Source: Dipteris shenzhenensis
Lineage: Eukaryota
DNA length: 64,000 nucleotides
Assembly: GCA_047967505.1 (NCBI GenBank)
Contig: CM106538.1
Direction: 5' to 3' (one strand)
Below, one piece after another: positions 1 to 13,392 of this stretch. Within the stretch, counting starts at the first letter, position 1. Each line of letters starts with the position of its first letter. Below the pieces are notes generated by a model. It was not told the DNA's origin. It saw only the letters and a program-made list of their open reading frames with translations, and made no database searches. Both the position numbers and the translations under genes were made by a program.

Positions 1-263
1 CTAGATCTCTTAGTACTACACATCACACATCACATCTCACACACTCTTTGGCTATGATATCTCCAACAAAAGTAACCCCCCCCGGAAAGAGCAAACCGAG
101 AGACTAGGTGCCCTGTAGATATCAAAACACACGCTTCACATCCTCCCAATGAGAAGTCTTATAAACATGTTGGATTTCAAATCACACAGTATGGAAGTAT
201 TTGATATCAACACATGTCATCACCTAAGAAAAGTGATTGCCACAAGGTCTTTATCCTCCATTT

Positions 264-790
264 TCACAAATAGCTGCCAATTGCTCGTGATATTCTTGAG
301 CTTGGTGAGATGAGCGGAGAATGGATCTCCCTCTCATCCTTGAAGAATGAATTTCCTTTGAGCTGCAATACTACTCTTCCTGCATTGTTCACCTCAAAAT
401 TATCTTGCAATATTTGCCATGCTTGTGTTGAAGTCTCTGCATTCAATGAGGAAGAATCTGATATTTGCAGTCAGAACAAAAATGTTTGCCCATCTTTTGC
501 AATCCATTCTTCTATTTCTTGGCATCTGACAAACCACTAAACGGATATTTGGAACTCTTTAAAAACACATTTATGTCCTGTTGAGGTACCAAACTAATGC
601 TAATTAGGGAAGAGGCTCTAATACCACTTGGGAAGTTTGTGAGAGTAGGGAGACAATACACAACTTGAGAAAGCTTGCAAAGTTTAAAAATTGTACATGA
701 TATTAAATTCAGAGAAACAACTGGGTTTTGTAGGAAACCTTAAACCCTAGAAGTAAAGTAAGTCTTAGGGCAACACATGGCATAGTGCCA
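264..790 (-). mobile_element. Degenerate Ty1/copia 5' remnant (LTR, tRNA-iMet PBS, gag fragment)
   Basis: PBS-like gctctaatacca at 615-626 (one mismatch) next to LTR-like sequence from ~628. ORF 264-446 (AETSTQAWQILQDNF) resembles copia gag. Confidence 0.6.
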
Positions 791-1299
791 TATCTACAGT
801 GCAAAAAAGTACTATTGCACCATCATCTTGAACACCCTAAACTCCTTCATTGAGCTGGAGTCAGATTCTTGGTCCAGATATTGCACTGTGCTAAATAGCT
901 AGCCTACAAAACAGGTAGAGGGGAGTGGTTTCACTTAATAAATCAGTCTCCAGTTGTTGTGGAAGTTAAAAATGCCTACAAGTTGATATCAAAGAGCATG
1001 ACATAATTCCAGCATTGGCTCTACATGAAAAATGTGAGAGATATTTTAAAATATCATATATGTTCCAAGGCTAAAAAGAACTTGCTTTCAGTTCTATTTA
1101 GCCTTTTAGGATGATGTAATGATATTCTTTTAACAAAGCTAAAATCCACAATAAAGGATTCATTTATCAGAGTTGTTGGCTCAAGTAGCAAAGTGATGAA
1201 GTCAAAACATGCATATTCTACATCCAAACAGCTTACTACTAACCTCTAGCACAAGAGGAGGGATCACATCAATCCCAAAAGCCTTCGCAACAATAAAAC

Positions 1300-2292
1300 G
1301 GCTTAGCATGTTGACACCTTGGATCAGGTAGAGCCACATATCTCCTTTTGTCAGGGTGGTGTCTATGGGAAGATGCACTGGTTACCTTTCCAAAGATATG
1401 AGCAGCAGAAAAGGGCAGCAGGCCCTCTTAATCTTGTGCACAAGACTTGGTTGGGCATGTTAGTTAGTATATGGCACATTCGCCAAAAGGATCCATATCA
1501 AAGGTACTATGCATTTTGGGATCTTTTATGGGCTTTCCAAAACTCGCTACAAGGGTTTTGTGACATTGATTGGGCAGGTAGCAAAGACAAAAAATCTCCT
1601 ACATGCTACGCTTTTAATCTCAACAGTGGTAGTATTTCATGGGTGAGCAAGAAGTAAAGTATTATTGCTCTTTCTTCCAATAAGGCTGAGTATATGCAAT
1701 AAATGCAGCAATACGTGAAAGTGATTTGGATTCAAAGATTACTTGACGATCTTGGCATAGTACAATAGGTTGTGACAACCAATCTGCATTGCTTTGGTGA
1801 AGAATCATGTGGTTCATTCTAGGACTAAGCACATTGATATAAGATCTCACTTCATCCCTGAGAAGGTGGAAAATCTGCAGATCCAGATGATCTAGTGTTC
1901 TACCAAGGGTTATCCAATAGATGTATACCAAAGGGTTTTCCTATTTCTTTCAAAGGGACATTGACAATGCATGATGATGCAATCTCTAAGAATCAAGTCA
2001 GACTCCAATCACTTGCATTTTGGTTGGTGGGCTTATGCTAACCATGGATTGGATAATGCTCTCAGGGGTTTTAAATGAGTTTAAATAAATAACTGACTCC
2101 AATTCAATAATAAAGTCTATGATCCTAGAGAGGACCATAAATGCTGCCATGTCACATGTCGCTCTAGGATTTGATCTAGTTCTACGGCTTAGGGTTTCCT
2201 ACAAAACCCAAGTTCTTTGTATTTTAAATTTGTATGTGATTCATTTCACAAGATTTCTCCAACGTTGTCTGCTCTCTTCCCGCTCTCACAAC
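1300..2292 (+). mobile_element. Degenerate Ty1/copia 3' remnant (pre-integrase fragment, RNase H, 3' LTR)
   Basis: CQGGVYGKMH; LQGFCDIDWAGS..FNLNSGSISWVSKK; CDNQSA.. RNase H motifs. LTR-like segment ends ...cacaaca at 2292. Confidence 0.75.
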
Positions 2293-2599
2293 CTTCACAA
2301 CAATATAAGAACTGCATCCATTGCACTAATCAACAACAAAGAGAGCACCATTGATATTAGCCCAAATAGAAGCCAAGGCGCACACGTCGCAACTTCAACG
2401 TAGACATAGAGCTAGAGAAGGATTCTAAAAGAAAGGCAAATTTACTACCATGCCATAAGAAGTAAGGCCTGAACACACAGACTCACACTCACACACACAC
2501 ACACAAAACATGACACACGGCAAAGGATTTGCTATCCTAGAATTGCAAACACTAGTGAAATTGACTTCTAACGTACGTTCAGCCCTTAGTGCCCTCATG

Positions 2600-3453
2600 C
2601 CATCACTGATCGGCAAACGTTTTGCAATTCATCTTTGTCAACATTGATGACGACAAAAGACAAACAAATAAGACATAGAATCCCTTTTCGAAAAATTGGA
2701 GTAACAGATTTTCTTCCATTATCACGTTGTCAACTGTCATCATATGATCTGTTTGCCCAAGCCAAACTCGTGTTGGGTTGAAGAGCCATGACATGTCTGA
2801 AAGCCTCTATTAAAAGGTATTGTCAGAACCATGAATGTATATATATTAACCATCATCCCCACACCCCATTTCTTGGAAACTCTGATACCAATGTGGTAAT
2901 TCTCAAACTCAGCAGAACTAGACCTGATACTCCAAACTGCTTCTTCCAACACCCCATCGCAAGCGCTTGTGCATGCGTACATGCGTGTGGGTGTGTGTGT
3001 TCCCCTCTACATTTTCTGTCTTCTCTGTATATATGAAGGTCTTGGAGCTCATAAATGGCACACAACCACTTGTCCATAGGTTAGCCTCGTATAGGTCCTC
3101 TTACTAAGGTAATGTGCCGAAAATACTCACCCAAAGGCCCTAAGCTATCATACATATGCTAACTTATATCCATTAGTTTACCCCATGGTCCACTACTCCT
3201 AGGCCTCTAGGACGTCACAACCTCACTTAGGAAGTTGTCACCCTTGTCACTATTCTAGGTGACATAATAATGATGCCGTTCACATGTCACCTAGTTTCTT
3301 GCCATAATATGCTACATTGCTGACCCTTTTTCCTCCAAAACGAAACAAGAGGCACAGACGATAGACACTCGTCCAACTCTCTTTCATTACAAGAAACATC
3401 ATTGACCACCTAAATTAATGTAATGCATACAAGATATTCACGTAGCCGTCACA
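2600..3453 (-). mobile_element. LTR retroelement 5' remnant (LTR ~2892-3453, PBS 2880-2890)
   Basis: ctctgatacca (reverse complement of tggtatcagag) followed by tgtgg. Far LTR end is uncertain (gtcaca at 3218 or 3453). Confidence 0.55.
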
Positions 3454-3459
3454 GTGTTG

Positions 3460-4447
3460 CATAGAAGTGAGCTTCATATGAGTATTGGCCAAATTCCATA
3501 TATGTCAGAGCTCAAGTTTTCAAATCATGCAATACAACTAAATTCCTTGAGCATTCTTGAAGGCCCCTGCCTAAGTTTAAAATTTCAGATTTCCAGCATG
3601 ACTCCTTATATAATCTCTTTTTCTTTCCAGTGTACTTGGGAGTCACTAATAAAATTTAAGTTTGCTTTGGAGTCACCATTGTATATTTGACTTTGGCACA
3701 CTCTTGATGTATCTAAGTATACTATTTGCAAAATACCAATACTAGCTCACATCCTTTCACACACTAAAGCCTGTACACTAAACCAACATTCTCCTAGAAG
3801 AGCAACTGCTCCATAGACTAAAAGCGAAAGGACCCTACTACCAATGAAACAAGATGTCCACAAGAAATTCCAGGCTCTTGTTTTAACAGAAGATTCCTAA
3901 AGGTGGGAAGAAGCTCCCTAACTTCAACATCCCATAGAAGTGAGCATCATATGAGCATTGGCCAAATTCCATATATTTCAGAGCTCAAGTTTTCAAATCA
4001 TGCAATACAACTAAATTCCTTGAGCATTCTTGAAGGCCCCGGCCTAGGTTTAAAATTTCAGATTTCCAGCATGACTCCTTATATAATCTCTTTTCTTTCC
4101 AGTGTACTTGGGAGTGTACTTGGGAGTCACTAATAAAATTTAAGTTTGCTTTGGAGTCACCATTGTATATTTGACTTTGGCACACTCTTGATGTATCTAA
4201 GTATAATATTTGCAAAATAGATTACTTTGGCACACTCTTGATGTATCTAAGTATACTATTTGCAAAATACCAATACTAGCTCACATCCTTTCACACACTA
4301 CAGCCTGTACACTGAACCAACATTCTCCTAGAAGAGCAACTGCTCCACCTACTACCAACGAAACAAGATGTCCACAAGAAATTCCAGGCTCTTGTTTTAA
4401 CAGAAGATTCCTAAAGGTAGGAAGAAGCTCCCTAACTTCAACATCCC
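3460..4447. repeat. ~470-bp direct tandem duplication with internal micro-duplications
   Basis: catagaagtgagc..atatgag..ttggccaaattcc starts at 3460 and again at 3933. Both copies end gaagaagctccctaacttcaacatccc. Confidence 0.92.
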
Positions 4448-4697
4448 TAAACGGACCCATCTAAACTACAACCACCTTGGAGTGAACAAGAATGGTTACT
4501 GTGCATAATAACACCCTAATTTAAACAGTGAGCTGCATGAAAATATTTTGATAATTTCTGTGTCTCAGCTCTTCAATCTCTGATCTGGCCTGTTACCTAC
4601 CACACTCATTTCATGTCTGTCTTGCTTGTGTTATGAAAACGAAAAGCACTACTTTCAAACAGTCCGAAATTTTGAAAGATGACAATATTCCTCATAC

Positions 4698-4745
4698 CTC
4701 ATGAAAAACCCCAGACACAACAAAGGAGATGAGAATAGCACTGCC
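4698..4745 (-). CDS. DGAT1: DGAT1 internal exon GSAILISFVVSGVFHE (MBOAT catalytic His)
   Basis: cag|...|gtatg boundaries, 48 nt. The SxxFHE motif carries the MBOAT active-site histidine. Confidence 0.94.
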
Positions 4746-5232
4746 CTGCCAACAAAAAAAGGTCAAGAAAGTAAGTATCGCAACAAAAAGAAAGGCAAGT
4801 AACATTCATAAAGCAAATTGTGAAAGTTCCCATTTATTACATCCAATGTTGGATCTGCAATTTGTGCACCATATATGCTTCTGTTAAAGAGAGATTCAAT
4901 AACACTTTCTTAGAGAACCTTAACCATCAAAGAATCGTGGAGCTGGGTTAACATGAGTTTATGGGAGTAAAAGTGAAGCGGACCTCAGAAAAGACATTAG
5001 TTTCTTCAATAACGCAAATGCCATACAGGCTGTTGTTTTTCACCTTGCAGGTATTGTGGAAGTTATTTCTGAGAATGAGCTAGTCCCCTCTTTCTAAGGC
5101 TGAATGATATTGCACGGCACTGTATGGTCTTTCCAGGATAATATGGAGGAATGCTAATATTGTATTTTTCACTCCCCTCTGTGAGCGCATTTAATTGGTA
5201 AGATTCCTAGAAAAGGCTGCATAAGGCATCAG

Positions 5233-6790
5233 TTTTTTTTTTTCATGCAAGAGACTTCCATATAGTATGAAACAAACCAGCTTCAGCAAGCTCGTTGCAG
5301 AAATACATCATGCTGGGCATGAGAAAACTCTCTCTCGAGGAGTAAATAAAAACTCAAAATGAGCTGGAGAGAGACCAAGGTTGAGGCTGAAAATGCCACC
5401 TCAACCCTAATGTAGTCTTTGAGAAAAAGGGTGAGCCCCACCATTATAACCCTCTTGGCACAGTCTGCCTAAGAGGACCCCTGCATGCTCGCCCAACTGG
5501 CCATCAAAGTGTGTATATTATCGGCCCAAATATTGGCCAGAGTATGAGAAGGGTGGACCTGTGATCCATCAGCAGTAATGGTATCTCCAAGGCAGAATCC
5601 ACATCAGCATATAATGGTATATACCGGGAGATAGGCACATCCTCCAGAGAGCAAGGCTCAACTAGGAGATGGACCAAGAAGCATCCTGCCACTCAGAAAA
5701 TGTCAGGTCCTAACAAAGAGAGCCAAGCCACTGATCCCCAAGTCATGAAGAAAAGAGGGGGAATAAAAATGCTGAGAATCTAGTCTGTGCCATCTAGCCC
5801 ACTCTATAAAAAAAATTTTATAGGCCTTATGAGCTCAGTGATGCAATCCCTGGAACTACACCAATAGGAGCAAACATACCAAGCCGTGGCCAACATAACC
5901 TGGTTGACAACCATCAGCCTGGATGCAAGGTCTAACTTGGCTGAACTCCAGAAAAGGAGTTTCCTCCTGATACTCTCCAACACCGGAGCAAGCTGCTGCA
6001 AAGAAGAGATACCCATACCGACCTAGCATCCTAAGTATCTGACCGACACACCCCTCAGAGTCCAAGTGAAGCCCAAATCAGCCAACCAGTCCAGACTGTC
6101 ATCGTCACTGATCCAAAAGCCATTGAACTTGTTCCAATTAATGTGAGCACCTGCTGCAATACAAAACAAGTCCAAGGCTGTTCTGAAAAAAATACAGTCT
6201 AAGGGGAGGCCTCCAAGAATATAGTAGTGTCAGGTGCTAGCTCACAATCGACGAGGTCCTTCTCCTATCTAAGCAGTAGTCTGAGCCCAATAATGTCAGC
6301 TCGAGGTCTGAGAAAATGCTCATAGCCTTAGCCACAAATAGGACAAGAAAAGGGGCAAGAGGGCATCCCTGATGGACTGACTTGGAAATCTGAAATCTAT
6401 CTCCCCTGACCCCTCCTATAAGTAGTTGGCTGTGGGCTGATCTGTACAAGGCTGAAACCCCTCTGATCCATGCATTTGAAACCCAAAATGATGAAGGGAA
6501 CCTTCCAAGAAATCCCAATCTACCCTGTCATATGCTTTTTCAAAGTCCAAGAGTAGAATGGCTATCTTTTGTCCACTCTGCATGGCCCACTCAAAAGCTT
6601 GCCAAAAAGAGAATATATTATAAAAAATGCTTCTGCCATGAACAAATACAGTCTGTGTATTATGAATAAGATCTGGTAGTATTGGATGCAAACGCAAGCT
6701 CATTGCTTTTGCCAGGATTTTATAGCAAGTGCCCAATGAGTGATAGGTCTCCACTGTGACACTGAATTTCTGCACCCTCCTTTTAGGATT
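5233..6790 (-). mobile_element. 5'-truncated, internally deleted L1-type LINE (RT) with poly(A) tail
   Basis: WRPITxLGTCYKILAK, LLLDFEKAYDRVDW and QGCPLAP motifs. T-run at 5233-5243 is the minus-strand poly(A). Confidence 0.9.
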
Positions 6791-7089
6791 AGATGTATGT
6801 AATGAACTAAATCATAGTCGATCACTAGCCTTTCCAAGATTATTGAGTTTAAGTAAAGACTTGCAGCAAGGTTTAGTACAAAGGCAATATTGGAACCACA
6901 AAGAAACAAATTCTCAGCTTTCAAACCTGCACATTACACTATCAACATTACTAAGACCAAAAAGATAGCTGCTTCATGGAAGTTAAAAATCAGTTAAGTT
7001 GAAGCAATTCTCTCTAACAATGAGCATTATCATCCTCACCACGATTCTAGTTATTGAGAATTTTGAAATAAGAGTATGTGAATACACAC

Positions 7090-7152
7090 CTTTGAAATGC
7101 CTCTGCGCAAGCAAGGAAAGTAGATATGCCGAACCATCCATTTATGAACAGG
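7090..7152 (-). CDS. DGAT1: DGAT1 internal exon PVHKWMVRHIYFPCLRRGISK
   Basis: cag|...|gtgtg boundaries, 63 nt. HKWxxRHxYxP motif. Confidence 0.97.
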
Positions 7153-7537
7153 CTGTCCACCCACCAAGAAACTATTTATTTCACAACAACTATTGCTTAT
7201 GCACCAACTGAAGAAACAAATACGCCTAACTGGTATTGGGAAGGCTGATTATGAAAACACAAGCCAAAAAAGGTGAATGCCAATACACACAAGCATGAAT
7301 GTGTGCACGCACACAGTGAGTTTACATAAAGCAAATAAATCAATCCCATAGACTATATTTAGAAAATAGCAAAAGACAAACACATAGTCTCTGCCCCATG
7401 TGCAAACATAGGATGAGCAAACAAATTCATTCAACAAAATGACTTCAACCAAAACCATTTAAAGCTGATAAAAGGAAAGAGATCCAAGAACTTCTTCAGA
7501 GTTTACATCTCAAAAGGATCTTAGATAGTAAACTAAC

Positions 7538-7558
7538 CATGTTCCACATCTTCCAATA
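7538..7558 (-). CDS. DGAT1: DGAT1 21-nt micro-exon YWKMWNM
   Basis: cag|TATTGGAAGATGTGGAACATG|gttag. Fills the gap between ...KTVEE and PVHKW... exactly in frame. Confidence 0.93.
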
Positions 7559-7732
7559 CTGTGATGCAGAATGTCGCCCAAAGTGGACAAGTAGCCAAAT
7601 GCACCACAGAACAAAAACCACATTCATTATGGAAAGAAACATTTTTGTATTCAAGGATGGAAGCCATGCAGATCAATATTGAAACATAATATGCTAGTAA
7701 CGTTATGAAAATCATTACAGCAAACCACTTAC

Positions 7733-7814
7733 CTCCTCCACTGTCTTTGCATTCCACCAATCTTTGTAGAACTCGCGATCTCCAAAGTAAGTTAACTCAG
7801 CAATGATGTTTAGC
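7733..7814 (-). CDS. DGAT1: DGAT1 internal exon (W)[27 protein letters not shown]
   Basis: tag|...|gtaag boundaries, 82 nt. Contains the FYxDWWN motif of DGAT1/ACAT. Confidence 0.97.
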
Positions 7815-7975
7815 CTACAGAAAGAATTCATAATTTGCTATTAGTGAACTTCTCTAAGCACCCTTTAAATAGATAAGATAGGTGAATTGTGGACACATGG
7901 AAGCTGTATGCACAACACTAGCTGCCACTCTGGTTAGCCAATGGCAATTGAGAACAAAAGAAGAAGAATGCGTAC

Positions 7976-8112
7976 CAAAGATGAAATAAGCAATAGAATA
8001 TGCACAGCCAAACATAAAGCGTTGGAATTGAGAGCTTCAACACCCTCTCAATGGCATAGAGATAATTTCCTTTCAATGGATGCTGTGAATTCTTTATTGT
8101 TGGATTAATATA
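7976..8112 (-). CDS. DGAT1: DGAT1 internal exon YINPTIKNSQHPLKGNYLYAIERVLKLSIPTLYVWLCIFYCLFHL(W)
   Basis: cag|...|gtacg boundaries, 137 nt (45 codons + 2). Closely follows the plant DGAT1 YINP..HPLKG..ERVLKLS.P.LYVWLC.FY..FHLW block. Confidence 0.97.
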
Positions 8113-9807
8113 CTGCCAAAACAAGATAAAACCTTCTCCAATTATAACCATACATTGTGTCTCGCATGAAAATTGTAATTAAGAGCATCCATACAAGTAA
8201 ACAAGCAATCCTACAAAATTTCAAGAATGAAAATTACAGTTTTTAGCTATTTGGCAACACGTTCTTCACTGCAAGATCCTTTTGAACAACAAGAAAGTTT
8301 ATTACATCCACAGATTAAATCAATGTACATAAGAGAAGTGCCAAAAGAAAGGCATCCCAATTGTGAGCTATACCCATTGCCAAACTAGCTAGAGTGCCAA
8401 CTCATTAAATAGATAGAGGCATCCCAGTTCAAAGCTGCAATGAGGCATGGGTTCATCCATCCACTGGCTGCAATTTGTAGTGTGCACCATTTCCACAGGA
8501 AAATAATTTCTCACAATGCTTTCCATGGTAGGAAAATGGGGTACTCTTACCAGCTGCACTGTTCATGATGGTGCAGAATGCCTTGATGCCCCCTGTAGAT
8601 GTGAGCTATTAGACAATCCAAAAGAAAATATAAATTGTGCAGTTTTATGATCTTGTGAGCTCAAAAGACTTCACAAACCAGCGTTCTGCTGGAATAATGG
8701 GAGCATGTATTTCTCAAAAACCGGATGAGCATAAGTTCTTGGAAGCAATCGATCCACCTATGATCAGCCTTGAAAGTTCAAGGATAGCTATTTTCTAGGC
8801 CTAAATGGCTTCACAAATCATGGATTCAAGCACATAGCGAGGGCAACTACCGCAATCTATAAATAATATGTAGAAGTCCCATAAGTCACAACTAGGTATC
8901 AACTCCTCGCTTCATAACCCGAAGTAAAAAAGGACTTTGCAAGGACAGAAAGCAAAACAGAGCCACCGATAGACCCAAGGTATCAACATTGAGGCCTTCA
9001 TCCATTTCTCCAAGAGCAAAGATTGTATCACTCTCAAGAGATCATATTGCCTGATCTAAGGTCTTTTGGGTCTCGAGAGAGTGATGCTAACCTTCCATAA
9101 GAAAACTCTATGCAGCAATCATTCAACTCCAAACTAGTATACAATATGAACCCTGTTTGGTCCGATTACAGGTTTCATATAATATGATTAGTTTGCATAG
9201 ATAAGTGTGGGGGTAGAGTGGTATAGTGTCGACAAGGGGATCAATCCCATCCGATCATGGATTGTATGTATAGGTTTTTGGGATTCAACAGATTGTAATT
9301 TGTGGGTCTATCTCTTGTTTCGTGTATCTGTCTTCTTGATCTCCATGACCTCTCTCTCTCCTCCTCAATTTGTCTACATAGTATCAGAGCTCTCTTTGTA
9401 TCTTTGTGACTCCATGAAGGAGCAAGATTAAGAGACAGCTTGAGGTAGTAAGACAAGGCTGCAAAAGCCTTGCCTGTTAGCTGGAGAGAGTCCTGTAGAG
9501 GAACTCATGGAAGAGCTTGACTCTTGAAGAAAAAGAAGGCACTATTTTTTGGCGTTCATGTGACTGTGTGGTCAGCGCTGCTCAAGGAGACCTTTAATGA
9601 CCAAAATGGCACCTAGATGGTAGAAAAAGACTAGTATGACCTGTTTGAGAAATCAAGGTTTCAAAGAGTTAGGTTTCTCATTAGAGGCAAAGGTAGAGGA
9701 CTAAAAGGTCCAACCAATCAAGCAGCACATCAACACAAAGAGCTCAGTCGGAATACGGGCTCATAGGACATGGTGAGCAATGTTTCAGTTCCTCTTATAG
9801 CAACTAT

Positions 9808-12800
9808 TGTTAGAATTATGATCATATTCTAAGCAATGGCCAATGTATTGTAATAAGTGGGTTAGGGGCAATTTTCCCTCTATGAGGCTTTTCCCCCTAA
9901 CCACAGTCTAATCCCTACCTACAGTTAGTGGACAAGGTAGGGTTTTGTCACTTAGACAAAACCCCTCACTTCTCTTTTGTACTCACTTCACTTCAGTCCA
10001 CTATTCAGTACACTTACGTTTTGCTCACTCTCTCTCTTGCTCTCCTTTGTGCTCACATTTGGTATCAGAGCAGGACAAGCTCTTGGACCAGCTCCTCCTG
10101 CCCAAGCTCCCAGCTCCTGTTCACCACGTTTGCTCCCTACCCGAGATCCTGTCATCCGTACAAGATCTACCGCCATCCGTACATCGGTGCAAATTCGGTA
10201 CCTAGCAATCAAGTCCATACAACTGCACAATCCCGTACTCATTTCCGTACCCGTCAACTCGTCGTATTGTTGCGCCGTACTGCCATACGGATTTCGGCAT
10301 GCATTCCGTACACAGGCATCAGCTCGCTGTACCGCCGCACGTGCGAACTGTTTTCCAACTGCGTCTGCACTGCATTCCGTCCGCACCTTCTGTTAGTCCG
10401 TACCGACTGACAATTCCGACCGTACGTGTGCTGTACCTAAGCCGTACATGTTGTCTGCAGCTCCCGTCCGTACAACCTACTCACATGTGCGACCTATCTG
10501 CTTGGTACAGGTTGTCCATACAGCCAGCAAATAGTTGGTCTTCATATCTGTTGCATCAAGCCATTGTTGGACTCAGGTTCAAGCAAATTTGGGGGTAGAT
10601 TTGTGCACATTTACAGGTGTTGAGCACATTTGGATCTTTGGTAAACAAATTGCAAATTCGGGGATTTCAGGTAATTTGCCCTCTTTCGGTTGCAATTCAT
10701 CCCAAAATTTGAGGCTTTTGGTTTTGAACTGCAATTTCATGCATTTTTGGGGCTTTCAGTTAATTTGTCCTCTTTTGGATGCAATTTCCTCGAAGTGAAG
10801 AACTTGGCATTCGGATGCAATTTGGCAGTTGAAAGACCATTTGACATATTTGCAAGTAATTTTAGACTCAGTGTGAGTCAATTTGCAGACTTTTGCAAAT
10901 TTTTGCAGATTTTTGGGCATTCGTAGAGCATTGTGGTGCATTTCAAGCCTTTGATAGGCTGGGACAGTATTTGTCACTGTGGGTGGATTTTCTTTGGCAG
11001 ACTCTTGTTGTGCATGTCACATCCCAGGAAGGGATTTTACTTATTCAATTTGCTATGTTTTTTTAGTTTATCTGGCAAAAATGGCTCAGAACAACCCCAA
11101 TGAGGTGTTTGCGGTCCTCAAACAAGAGGATAGGTTGGATGGCACCAACTACTCCTTGTGGAGTTTTATGGTTTGTAATATCTAGGTTGGCAGACATCTT
11201 TGGTATTATGTCAATGGAGATGAAGGAAGGCCAAATTCTATGGTGGCTACACCTATTACTCCTACAACTGGAGGCAGGGGTAGAGATCAAAATGCAACAC
11301 AAGTAATTGGAGCAACTGTTGCTCCAGTGGCTCCCACAACAGAGCATAAAAGATGGGAATCTAAGGATGCACAAGCTCTATCAGTGATTTCTCTTTCTAT
11401 GAAGAGATTCATTATTCCTCACATTCGATCATGCAAGACCTAAAAGGCAGCTTGGGGGATAGTAGAGAGTATGTTTGCAACAAGAAATGATGCCAGAGTT
11501 TCCTTCCTAAATAGAGAGCTATCTCATACGCATATGGATGAGGGAGATTCAATGAATACTCATCTCACAAAGCTTCAGGATTTGAGGGAGCAGTTGCTGA
11601 ATATTGATGAAGTTATTCCTGATTCAAAGATGATTACCACCACTCTGAATTCTCTTCCTGAGTCCTATCTCGGTTTCCACACCTCGCTGAATTTGTCATT
11701 GAGGGGAGGCAATAATCCTCTCTTTTCACGAGTTGGTGGGACTTCTGTTGCAGGAAGAGCAGACACAAAGAAATATGGCAACACGGGCTAGCGAGCATGC
11801 CATGCTTTCTAAGTTTGAGCCCAAGGAAAAAGGGCAACATGCTAATCAGCCCGCACATCAGCATAAAGCTGACTCATGACAACCCTCTTATAATGGTAAG
11901 GGTGATGCAGATAAGCCTTAAAAAAAGGGCATTTGTCACTACTGCAAGAAGCAAGGCCATTATATTGGTGAATGCAAGAAGCGCATAGCTAAAGAAAAGA
12001 AAAGGGATCCAGGTATGGCTATGTCAGATGCATCAGCTTCTCATGCACATGATGAGGGAGATGTTACAGCCAACTTTGTAAAAAAGCACTATGCCGTTTT
12101 GTCTTGCATTTCAGATTTTTCAGTAGGTAGTTCAGATACTACAGCCACAATTACCGATGATCCTTATGCTTTCTTGACTTGCAGTTATGATCCTTTAAAG
12201 GATGCATGCTCTCTCAGTGTCAATGAGACACTGAATACTTGGTATTTTGATAGTGGTGCTTCCAAACACATCACCTCTAAGCAGAGCCTGTTTGCATCTC
12301 TGCACCCTCCACCTACTAAGAAGAAGGTGACTTGTGCAAATAATTATTCTCATTCAGTGTGTGGAGTGGGGGATATCATCCTTACATCCACTGATGGCAC
12401 AGATTTCAGATTTCCATATGTTCTCAATGGTGCCAGGTATAAAGAAGAATTTTCTTTCAGTATCCTCTCTCAATAGAGGAGGATTTCAAGTTATATTCGA
12501 TGATGCTAAGCATGCACTCAGACAAAGGAAATGACTATGCTTTGATGTTGTCTGGCACTTTGTATCAAGGTCTTTTTCAGCTTGATATATATGAGAAAAG
12601 CTTGCACTTTCAGTGAGCACTCCCACTGCTACGATGTAGAATGCGGAGTTATGGCATGCTAGGTATGGGCACATGAGCTATGGCAACTTAATGACACTTC
12701 AGAAGCATGCTATCATTGATGCATTGCTTCCTTTGGAGTCACCTCCTCCTCATGCATGTGAGGGTTGCATCCTTGGCAAGATGCATAGATTTCCTTTTAA

Positions 12801-13392
12801 GAAGGATGGTGCAAAGAGAGATACACATAAATTACAGCTCATATGCACTGATGTCTGCGGTCCCATGAGGACACCTGCTTTTGGTGGTTATCTCTATTAT
12901 GTTACATTCATAGATGACTTCACCAATTACACTTGGGTCTATAGTCTCAAGGAAAAATCAGAAGTGTTTATGCATTTCAAACACTTTGTGGCTATGGTTG
13001 AGAATGAGACAGGACTCAAGGTGCAGACACTTCGCACAGATAGAGGGAAGGAGTATATGTCTAATGAGTTTGAGGCATTTTTTAAAAGGAAAGGCATCAT
13101 GCATCAGCTTACAGTGAGGCTTACACCTCAGCGAAATGGTAAAGTTGAGCGCGAAAATCGCACTCTTATGAAGATGGATAGATGCATGCTTACTAGTAAA
13201 ATGTTGCCTCACAGGTTTTGGCTGGAAGGCCTCATGTGTGCAAATTATGTTCTAAATCGAGATCCCACAAAGGCTTTGAAAACAATCACTCCCTATGAGC
13301 CATGGCATGGGAGAAAGCCTGAAGTGGATCACTTCAGGGTTTTTGGTTGTGTTGCATATGCCCACGTGCCTGTGGAGTTTCGACACACGTTA
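9808..13392 (+). mobile_element. Ty1/copia element A: 5' LTR, PBS, gag, protease, integrase; 3' half missing
   Basis: LTR TGTTAG...CTCACA 9808-10057 and PBS tggtatcagagc 10060-10071. Gag from ~11081 (LDGTNY), CCHC knuckle ~11935-11975, protease WYFDSGASKH, integrase ORF 12673-13395 (CEGC, TDVCGP, FIDDF, RTDRGKEY). Several frameshifts and stops. Confidence 0.93.

Noticed and set aside
9378-9390. PBS-like tagtatcagagc
   Set aside because: Mismatch in the TGG and no convincing LTR or gag context nearby.
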